Below are positions 22,414-30,665 of a DNA stretch of 64,000 nt, one piece after another; position 1 is the stretch's first letter; every line of letters starts with the position of its first letter. Source of the stretch: Pirellulales bacterium (GTDB taxonomy: Bacteria; Planctomycetota; Planctomycetia; Pirellulales; PALSA-1355); assembly GCA_963733035.1 (NCBI GenBank), contig CAVTBU010000009.1:160001-224000 (forward strand). The letters are read 5' to 3'. The notes beneath the pieces are model-generated. The model was given only the letters and a program-made list of their open reading frames with translations. It was not told the origin of the DNA and did not search any database. A program made the position numbers and the translations under genes.

Positions 22414-23743
22414 ATGCTTTCGATACTTGGTCGCAGTCAGCAATTCTGTGATCGCCTCTCGCGCCGCGGGTTCCTCAAGATTGGAGCGCTTGGCCTGGGA
22501 GCCGGTGCTCTCAATCTGGCCGACCTGATGCGGGCCGAGGCCCACACCGGCAGCAGCCACAAGGCGGTGATCCACATCTTCCTGGGAGGCGGACCGCCGC
22601 ATCAGGACATGTGGGAGATCAAGACCGAGGCCCCCTCGGAAATCCGCGGCGAGTTTCGCCCGATTTCGACCAATGTGCCCGGCATTCAGATTGGCGAAGT
22701 CTTCACGCGCATTGCGGGCATCATGGATCGCTGCGCGGTGATTCGTTCGGTGGTGGGCTGCGTCGACCGCCACGAACCGTATCAATGCAACACCGGCTGG
22801 ACCCGAGACAGCCTGGCCACGCTCGGCGGACGGCCGTGCCTTGGGTCGGTGGTTTCGCGTCTGCGGGGCCCGGTCGATCGGTCCGTGCCGCCATTCGTGG
22901 GCCTGGCGAATATGGGTGTATGGAGGGACCCCGGAACGCCCGGTTACCTGGGACCGGCATTCGCGCCGTTTCAGCCCGACGGGCCGGGCATGGCCAACAT
23001 GCGGCTCAACGACATTACGCTCGAGCGGCTCGAAGATCGTAAGTCGCTGCGGGCCAGCTTCGACCATTTTCGGCGGATCGTCGACGCCCAGGGACGCGCC
23101 GAGGCGTTCGATTCGTTTACCGAGCGGGCGTTCGACGTGCTAACCTCCAGCCAGCTGCTCGACGCGCTTGACCTGAGCAAGGAAGACCCCAAGGTTCGCG
23201 AGCGGTACGGCACCGGCAAGCCGTTCAACTACACTTACGACGGCGCGAATACCGACAACGAGCACCTGTTGATCGCGCGGCGGCTGATCGAAGCCGGCGT
23301 GCGCTGCGTCACCACGACGTACGGCCGCTGGGACAGCCACGGGGCCAACTTCGACCTGGTGCGCGATCACGGCTCGAAACTCGATCAGGGATTTAGCGCC
23401 CTGGTCGAAGACCTGGAAGCGCGCGGGATGCTCGACGACGTGACGGTGATCGCCTGGGGCGAGTTTGGCCGCACGCCACGAATCAATCCCCAGGCCGGCC
23501 GCGACCATTGGCCGCAAGTAAGCTGCGCCGATACTGGCCGGCGGCGGCATGCGGACCGGCCAAGCCATTGGTTCGACCGACCGCCTCGGCGGCACGGCGC
23601 AAAGCCGCCCGGTGCACGTGCAAGAGGTTGTCTCCACGCTGTACCACAACCTTGGCTTCAACACGGCGTCGACCACGATCCAGGATCCGACCGGCCGACC
23701 GCAGTACCTGGTGGAGCATCCGCCGATCGCGGAGTTGGTGTAG
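22414..23743 (+). CDS. DUF1501 family protein, +1 frameshift at ~23528
   Basis: GGPPHQD, WDSH, GEFGRTP, GRDHW; C-terminus [11 protein letters not shown]...GRPQYL is in the frame of ORF 23549..23743. Confidence 0.9.
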
Positions 23744-23779
23744 CGATTGATTCGTTTGGTGCGGCCGGGATAACGCTGT

Positions 23780-24775
23780 TCACTGATCGGCGTCCTCATC
23801 GGCGTCTGGCTTCGCCTGTGCTTCGCGAGCCTTTCTTGCTGCCACTTCCTCGGCCATTTTTCGGCGGTATTCACCATTGAGCGTGGACCAGGACTGCCAG
23901 CGGTCGAGGTCCTCGCGTGCTTCGGCAAGAGATTCTCCGTGCTGCTCAAGCCACTGAACAAGTAGTCTGTAGTCGGTTTTCTGTTGTTCCGACCACGTTG
24001 CATTATCGGTTCGTTGTGTTTGTGTAACGAGAATGTGCGCAAGCTTTGTGTTGCTTTGTGGCTGGTAAATCGCGGGATCCGCTCCGGCCTTCAACAACAC
24101 GAGCGCGAGTCCAAATTGTCGCCACGTTGTTATTGCGTTGATGGCGGCTAAATTGCCCTTGAGCCCTTTGATATCGGCACCCTTGCCGATCAGATTTTGT
24201 ATTCGTCCAACCTTGTCGGATGCCGGCGACGAGACCACTTCCACAAGAGGTGTATTACCGCGCTGAAGGACGCAATTGTCGACTAGGTTTAGGTCACCAC
24301 CATGATCGAAGACGGCTTTAAAGTAGCCCGGAAAACGCGTACGCACGGCAAGATGTGTTACGGAAGTGCCTGGCATAATTGCGGCGCGGGTGCCGAAATC
24401 ACTTTCCACGAAAATGTTGGGATTCGCTCCAAGTTCCAGCAACCGCTTAAACCTTGCAAGTTTATTGTCTGGAAAGGCCCAGAGAAGGGGCGTCATATTT
24501 CCCTTACCCTGAGCGTTTGCGTCGGCACCGGCAGCTACCAGGCGATCAATTTCGGCGATGTCGTTTGCCTCGATGGCGCGACAGAGTGCGACCACTTGCG
24601 GATCGCCAAAGTAATCTTCGGCCTTCCAGTTGAACTTTTCGTGCCAGGTAGACTTAGGCAGCACCTTCGTCACCTGCTGGCAGCCAACCAGCGCGAGCAG
24701 GATAGGAACAAGGAGTACGCCGATGATCGGCACGGCCACGCGGTAGCAAGACCTATCAGAACGCGGCATGTCCAT
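23780..24775 (-). CDS. Ankyrin-repeat lipoprotein
   Basis: LLALVGC lipobox; GADANAQGKGNMTPLLWA, LLELGANPN, GNTPL, LLKAGADP. Confidence 0.8.
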   Translation of the reverse strand: MDMPRSDRSCYRVAVPIIGVLLVPILLALVGCQQVTKVLPKSTWHEKFNWKAEDYFGDPQVVALCRAIEANDIAEIDRLVAAGADANAQGKGNMTPLLWAFPDNKLARFKRLLELGANPNIFVESDFGTRAAIMPGTSVTHLAVRTRFPGYFKAVFDHGGDLNLVDNCVLQRGNTPLVEVVSSPASDKVGRIQNLIGKGADIKGLKGNLAAINAITTWRQFGLALVLLKAGADPAIYQPQSNTKLAHILVTQTQRTDNATWSEQQKTDYRLLVQWLEQHGESLAEAREDLDRWQSWSTLNGEYRRKMAEEVAARKAREAQAKPDADEDADQ

Positions 24776-24924
24776 AACTTGGGTTTCACGGAAAGTTCCC
24801 GCCTGTTGGGCCAAATCGTCAGCAACTCGACACGGCTGAGGTTTTCGCCATACGGCTCTTTGCAAAGGCACTGCTCGACATACCCGAAGTGGCACCCGCG
24901 CAACCGAGCCCCAACTGCATTCAC

Positions 24925-26355
24925 TTACAGCCGATAGTACACGTCCATGACTTGCCGCAGCATGTCGTGGACGAAGCTGCGGTCGGGGATGGCGGCGGCC
25001 AGGCCGTAGATGGGAGCCATGCCGCCTTCAATGTTGGGTGTTTCGCGGACGTATTTTTCGCTTCCGCGGAGGTGCTCGACGAACCGCTCGGCAACGCCCG
25101 GCTGGGCCCAGCGAAGCGTGGGACTGACGTGAATGGCGGCCGGGTTCAACAGGCCGGTGAGCGACCAGCCGCGGCTCGACATCTGATCCATCACCTGGTA
25201 GATGTCGACGTCGTCGGATGCAACGGCAAACGGGCCGAGCGGCTGGCCGAGAATCTTGAGCCCCGGGATCGTGGCGACTCCCTGGTGCATGGTGGCCACG
25301 GCGTCGAGGATGCTCTGAGTGGTTTTTTTGTAACCCGACTCGCCCATCGAGACCAGCGCCGCCCAGCAGGCCGCGCTCAATCCGCCGGGGCGGCTGCCGG
25401 AAAAGGTGGGCGAGTAGTACAGACCGCCCGGCCAATCAGCCAACGTAAAGTACTGGAAGCGGCGTAGCTCCTGGCCGCGATAAAGGACGACCGACGTGCC
25501 CTTGGGGGCATAGCCGTACTTGTGCGTGTCGCACGACATGGAGGTAACGCCTGGCACGCGGAAGTCGAACGGCGGCACCTTGCGCCCCAGCTTTTCGACA
25601 AAGGGGAGAAAGTATCCGCCGAGGCAACCGTCGACATGCAAGCCGAGCTTGTGCTGCTGGGCCAGCGCGCCGATCTGGTCGATGGGGTCGATCGTGCCGT
25701 AGGGAAAATTGACGGCCGATGCGATCAGGGCAATCGTGTTGGGCGTAATCGCGTCTGCCATCGCCTGCACGACCGCGCGGAAGTCGCCGTCGAGCGGCGT
25801 GACCTTGATTTTGAGCCCGAAGTATTGTGCGGCTTTGTGGAAAGCCGCGTGGGCGGAGATGGGCGCGACGATTTCCGGCTCGGTGATGCCGCGCTTGTCG
25901 CGGTAGTAGTCGCGATAGGTCTTCATTGCCAGCAGGATGCTCTCCGATCCGCCGGAGGTGACCGAACCGCAGATCCCTTCCTCGCTACCGAAGGGGGCCT
26001 CGACCTGTCCGGCACCAAGCATGTGGGCCGTCATGGCGACAATCTCGGCCTCGAACTTCGCGGCGCTGGGCCACAAGTCGGTGTGCAACTGGTTGCATTG
26101 CGACTGCAGGTTATACACCTGGTTGACGAACGCGATGTGCTCGTCGTCGCCGTTGTAGACCGAGCCCGAGGCGAAGCCTCCCTTCCAGCGATCGCGCTCG
26201 ATTCGTGCGAGCTCTTCCATTTCGCGCAGGATGTCACCGCGCGGCACGCCGTCGGTGGGAAGGTGGTCATGGATTTCAAATTGCTCCCGGTAAGGATGCA
26301 TCATGGCATCGAGCGGACCGAGGATTCCCTGTTCGGATTCGGCTTCAGCAGACAC
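24925..26355 (-). CDS. Sphingosine-1-phosphate lyase-like PLP enzyme (group II decarboxylase fold)
   Basis: SGSVY, LHTDLWP, TSGGSESI, HAAFHKA, HVDGCLGG, SMSCDTHKYGYAPKG, WPGGLY, GSRPGG. Confidence 0.85.
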   Translation of the reverse strand: MSAEAESEQGILGPLDAMMHPYREQFEIHDHLPTDGVPRGDILREMEELARIERDRWKGGFASGSVYNGDDEHIAFVNQVYNLQSQCNQLHTDLWPSAAKFEAEIVAMTAHMLGAGQVEAPFGSEEGICGSVTSGGSESILLAMKTYRDYYRDKRGITEPEIVAPISAHAAFHKAAQYFGLKIKVTPLDGDFRAVVQAMADAITPNTIALIASAVNFPYGTIDPIDQIGALAQQHKLGLHVDGCLGGYFLPFVEKLGRKVPPFDFRVPGVTSMSCDTHKYGYAPKGTSVVLYRGQELRRFQYFTLADWPGGLYYSPTFSGSRPGGLSAACWAALVSMGESGYKKTTQSILDAVATMHQGVATIPGLKILGQPLGPFAVASDDVDIYQVMDQMSSRGWSLTGLLNPAAIHVSPTLRWAQPGVAERFVEHLRGSEKYVRETPNIEGGMAPIYGLAAAIPDRSFVHDMLRQVMDVYYRL

Positions 26356-26376
26356 TTGAATTTCTCCTGTGGAACG

Positions 26377-27978
26377 TCAACTCGATGTGGCCGGATGACG
26401 GGGAGCATTCAGCCGGCGGAAGATTCCCCTGTTCGCTTTATAACTGCTGAGGAACTCGGCGAACAGTTGTTCGTAGACTTGCCGGTGGGCCGGATCGGGC
26501 TCAAACGTATGCTGCACACGCGCCAGCGACGGCAGATCAAACACGGACATTTGTCCCAGTGCGACCCAGGCCACCATTGCCGCCCCGCGCGAAATCGCCA
26601 TTTCGGGGTCTGCCATGCGGCGGATCGGGCGGTCGAGCACGTCGGCCATGATCTGGCACCAGGTGTCGCTACGGGCGCCGCCTCCGATGAAGTGCAGGCT
26701 TTCGAACTTTCGGCCCACGAACGGTTCGACGGCCTCGCGCAGCCAGCGCAAATTCATGGCCACGCCCTCCATCACGGCGCGGGCGGCATGCGCGCGGCCG
26801 GTGCGCAACGATTGATTCAGAAACCCGCCGCGGATCGCGCTTTCGCCGCTCGGCGGTCCGGCACCGTTGAGCCAGGGGAGAAATAACAACCCCTCGCTGC
26901 CGGCGGGAACATCGGCAACCAGGCGTTCGAGTCGCTCATAGACGTCGGCCGGCGCGCCTTCGTCACTGAGCGCGTTGCGCGGACAGAGCCACTGTTCGAC
27001 GAATACTTGCAGGCACTTGCCGGCGGCGCCCTGCTCGGCCATGACCATGTTGCGGCCGTGCATTGCCGAGGGCATCGTGGCGAGATAGGTGAGCAAGTTG
27101 GTTTTTTTGAACGGCACGTGGCAACTCAGCCAGGCTGTGGTGCCCAGGCAGACGTGCCCCTCGAAATCGTGGACCGCGCCCGAGCCGATCGCCGCGGCCT
27201 GGCTATCGGGTGTGCCGGCGACGACTTGCGTCTCGGGCGAGAGCCCCCACTCGGCCGCCGCCTCCGGCCGGATCGTCCCGAGGATGGTGCCGACCGGCAC
27301 CAGGTCAGGAAGTTTGTCGCGGTGCAGGTCGCACCAGGCGATCAGTCCGTCGTTGTAGGTGACGTGCGTGTTGTCGCGATTGTCGGTGAGGAGATAGGGG
27401 TAGACGGTCGCATAGGTGGCCGCCGCGCGGCCGGTGAGCCGAAAGTTGATGTAATCCATCGGCTCGAGCAGCTTGTAGGTAGCGCGATAGATTTCGGGGC
27501 GCTCGTGCCGGAGGAACAGAATGTGGGCCAGCGCGTCGGCGCCTGAGTGCGTGGGGACGCCGCCGGTTAGCTTCACCCAGCGAGTCATGCGGCGGAGTCC
27601 GTAGCCGCTAACCTTTATCAGTCCTCCCGTGATGCGCTTGGTGTGGGGTGCCCCGCGGCTGTCGCTCCAGTGAATGGCGTTCATCAGATGCCGGCCCTCG
27701 CGGTCGACCGGCACGGTAACCGACCACTGCGAGGCGCAGCTCAGCGCGATGATTTGCTGTTTCGACACGCCCGAGGTTTCAACCAGCTGGCGGACGCAGC
27801 CGCCGATGACGCGCCACCACTCGTCCGGGTCTTGTTCGCCGCCGCCATCGGGCGTGGTAAACGTGGCGGTGCGCCCCGATGCGCGGGCCGCGAGTTCGCC
27901 GCATTGTGAGACCAGCGAGACCTTAGGGCCGCTGCTTCCCAGATCAATCGCCAGGACGTATTTTCCTTCGCTCGACAT
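26377..27978 (-). CDS. FGGY-family carbohydrate kinase
   Basis: LAIDLGSSGPK, EQDP, WSDSR, GTPD, GGGARS. Confidence 0.9.
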   Translation of the reverse strand: MSSEGKYVLAIDLGSSGPKVSLVSQCGELAARASGRTATFTTPDGGGEQDPDEWWRVIGGCVRQLVETSGVSKQQIIALSCASQWSVTVPVDREGRHLMNAIHWSDSRGAPHTKRITGGLIKVSGYGLRRMTRWVKLTGGVPTHSGADALAHILFLRHERPEIYRATYKLLEPMDYINFRLTGRAAATYATVYPYLLTDNRDNTHVTYNDGLIAWCDLHRDKLPDLVPVGTILGTIRPEAAAEWGLSPETQVVAGTPDSQAAAIGSGAVHDFEGHVCLGTTAWLSCHVPFKKTNLLTYLATMPSAMHGRNMVMAEQGAAGKCLQVFVEQWLCPRNALSDEGAPADVYERLERLVADVPAGSEGLLFLPWLNGAGPPSGESAIRGGFLNQSLRTGRAHAARAVMEGVAMNLRWLREAVEPFVGRKFESLHFIGGGARSDTWCQIMADVLDRPIRRMADPEMAISRGAAMVAWVALGQMSVFDLPSLARVQHTFEPDPAHRQVYEQLFAEFLSSYKANRGIFRRLNAPRHPATSS

Positions 27979-28029
27979 GCAGGCTGTTTATCCTCGCACC
28001 GTGGGCGGCATGCAAGAGCAAAGAAACCG

Positions 28030-28821
28030 TTAGGCACCCGTATCGGGCTGGTGATCCTGGGCGACGAGCGTTTGCGGCGGTCCGACGTCGAGATCGTTGC
28101 TGGCGCCCTGCCGGGCTCCGTAGCGCATCTCGACACGCTGCGGGCCGATTTCGAGCCAGGTGATACTTTGCGTGCGGGCCTCCGGCCGGGTCATCCAGAC
28201 GCTGGCGAACTGGCGATCGGGCCACACATGGCGATGAAAGTCATCCTGCGCGCTAGGCCAATCCTGGCCGGGAGCGAACAGCTCTTCGAAGAGCTTGCGA
28301 CGCGGGTTGGCCACGACGTCGTCACCCAGACCGGAGGAGGTGAAGAATACTGGCTGGGCAACAGGCTCGGGCTTGCTGACGCTGAACTGACCGGCCGACC
28401 AGACGACTTCGGCGTAGGTAATGTCGTCGACCAGAATGAGGCGGAACGGCTCGAACTGGGCGACCTCGAGCTTATCGGCCAGCACGAGCGCGGCAGCCAT
28501 GTTGCCGGCGGCCAGCATGCGCGGAACGATCGTGCCGCGGCTGACCGGTTGCCGGTCGTCGGGAAGGATGATGTCGCGCGGTTCGGACTGGGCCACGTAG
28601 ACGTTCATCAAGATGCCGGCCAGCGGCGCGTCGCTCACGGCAATCCAGGTGCCGTCGGAAACAGGATCGACCGGCATCAGGATTTGCCGTTCGCCGGCGC
28701 GGCGCATCTCGGGCGGGCGTGCCGGAGGACGCAGCACCGATTCGTCGCGACTGCAGACGATGCGCACGCCAACGGATTGCGGACCGCCGGGCTGCCAGGG
28801 AACGATCGAAAGCGTGCACAT
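28030..28821 (-). CDS. NRDE/TANGO2 family protein
   Basis: N-terminal MCT, SRDE (NRDE variant), GTWI, SRG, FEPFRL. Confidence 0.85.
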   Translation of the reverse strand: MCTLSIVPWQPGGPQSVGVRIVCSRDESVLRPPARPPEMRRAGERQILMPVDPVSDGTWIAVSDAPLAGILMNVYVAQSEPRDIILPDDRQPVSRGTIVPRMLAAGNMAAALVLADKLEVAQFEPFRLILVDDITYAEVVWSAGQFSVSKPEPVAQPVFFTSSGLGDDVVANPRRKLFEELFAPGQDWPSAQDDFHRHVWPDRQFASVWMTRPEARTQSITWLEIGPQRVEMRYGARQGASNDLDVGPPQTLVAQDHQPDTGA

Positions 28822-28835
28822 CGCGTCAGGGGCGC

Positions 28836-30500
28836 CTACTTGGCCGCGGTCTCTCCGTAGACCTTGGTCACGGGCAGCAAGAGCCGCGAGGCCTGCGCCG
28901 CCGTGTGATACACGGTATTTTGTGCCTTGACGGTTTGGTCGGGGCTCGTGACTGGTTTCCAGGTGTTCGAGTGGGGCTCAAAGCGGGGCGAGTTGCTGCT
29001 GCTAACTTGGATCGCGATTTTGTGCCCCTTGTTGAACACGAGCGCGGTGGACCAAAGATCGACGGTGATTGGGTAAACCTTGCCCGGCTCGGCCTTCACC
29101 ATGCGATTGAAGCCCTCGCGGAAGCGAAGCCGGAACGCCTGATCGAGCACCAAGGCTTCGTAGCCGTTCGGATAGACATCGACGAGCTTGACGGTGAAGT
29201 CGGTATCTTCGGCGTCGGTGCTGACGAACAACTCGGCTGCAACGGGACCGGCAATTTCGACGGGCTGCGCGAGCGGCGCGGTTTCGTATTTCAATACGTC
29301 GTCACGGCTACTGACTTTGCGCTGGTCCATCGGGCCCAGCGGCAGCATGAGGTTGTTGCCGCCAACCGTGGGCACGGGGTTCTGAGGATCGTAGACGAAC
29401 GTGTCGGACGCTTCCGACGCGCTGGCGTCGGTCGCCGGCTTGTCAGTGGAGAGCTTTCCGCCAGCGTGCAGGTAGTAGGACGTCTCTTGGTGCGCCGGCG
29501 GCCAAACGTCGGACGTGCGCCACTCATTGCCCGGCGCGTTCTCGTCAAACGTGTCGCCCATCATGTAATAGCGGACGGCCGGTTCGCGGTCGATGCCGTT
29601 GTCCTGGCCCTTGAGCCAGTGGTCGAACCACTTCATGGCGACGTCGTTCAGATTGCCGAGGCCCGCGTTGCCCGGGTACTTGAGGTCGCCCTTCAATTGG
29701 CCGTGTCCGAAGGCGCCCATGATGAGCTTTTGGTTTCCCTTGGCTCCCTCGCCGCCGCGATGCTGGAGGCCCTCGAAGCAATCGATGTTGCCTTGACTGA
29801 AGATGTCATACCAGCCGCCGATGTTGACCGTGGGGACGGTAATCTTATCGAAGTAGTGCTCGATGTCGAGCTTGCGAAACGAATCGTCGTAGACGCGATG
29901 GATCGGCCGCGGAACGTCCGCCGGCGGAACGCCCTGCTTGCGGAGCCATTCCTCGTTCAGGTTCTGGAGGAATACGCCGCCCGGATAGCCGGAATTGTGG
30001 TACGAGCTGCCGTGAGCCACGATCACGACGTTGCACTTGAGATGCGGATTGCCGCTCATGGCGGCGTGGTTAGCCGTGATGCCCAGGGCCGAGCCGCCGA
30101 TCATGCCCACCGTGCCATTCGACCAGGGCTGCTTGGCGATCCATTCGATGGTGTCATAGCCGTCGTTGAAGTCGTCGATGAATGCCCGATACTCCCCTTC
30201 GCTCGCGAACCGGCCGCGACAATCCTGCACGACTCGGGCATAGCCATTTTCGAGATACTGCTTCTCGCCTTTCTCGCGATCCTCGGCCTTGCCTTTGTTG
30301 TAGGGGGTGCGCGACAGCACGACCGGCCAAGGTCCCTCGCCCTCGGGCAGGAAAACGTTGGTGGCCAGCTTCACGCCGTCGCGCATGGGAACCATGACTT
30401 CCCGGTGCGAAGCGATGGCAAGGGAGGACGCCACGACGAGCAGCGCAAGCATCGTGCAAATCCGCGTGGTCATTGTGCGAACAAGATGAGAGTTGACCAT
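28836..30500 (-). CDS. CocE/NonD family serine hydrolase
   Basis: PMRDGVKLA, RTPY, QDCRGRFASEG, GGSALG, GGWYD, SSSNSPRF. Confidence 0.9.
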   Translation of the reverse strand: MVNSHLVRTMTTRICTMLALLVVASSLAIASHREVMVPMRDGVKLATNVFLPEGEGPWPVVLSRTPYNKGKAEDREKGEKQYLENGYARVVQDCRGRFASEGEYRAFIDDFNDGYDTIEWIAKQPWSNGTVGMIGGSALGITANHAAMSGNPHLKCNVVIVAHGSSYHNSGYPGGVFLQNLNEEWLRKQGVPPADVPRPIHRVYDDSFRKLDIEHYFDKITVPTVNIGGWYDIFSQGNIDCFEGLQHRGGEGAKGNQKLIMGAFGHGQLKGDLKYPGNAGLGNLNDVAMKWFDHWLKGQDNGIDREPAVRYYMMGDTFDENAPGNEWRTSDVWPPAHQETSYYLHAGGKLSTDKPATDASASEASDTFVYDPQNPVPTVGGNNLMLPLGPMDQRKVSSRDDVLKYETAPLAQPVEIAGPVAAELFVSTDAEDTDFTVKLVDVYPNGYEALVLDQAFRLRFREGFNRMVKAEPGKVYPITVDLWSTALVFNKGHKIAIQVSSSNSPRFEPHSNTWKPVTSPDQTVKAQNTVYHTAAQASRLLLPVTKVYGETAAK

Positions 30501-30665
30501 GCCCGTAATCCTCCGCCTTGGATGACGCCGAACGGCGATGATTGGAAACGCTTGAGGGATTATCTCCGGCCGGCGCGCGGCGGTCAATAAACACGTGCTT
30601 CATCCGTGGCCGGGCGGACCAGCAGTGGCACCCGAAATCCATAGCGAAATCGCGATGAAGGCGAT

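Noticed and set aside
28719..30590. Long antisense ORFs (also 4685..6001, 25522..26886, 31899..33209, 38645..39883)
   Set aside because: Shadow ORFs opposite well-supported genes, typical of high-GC DNA.
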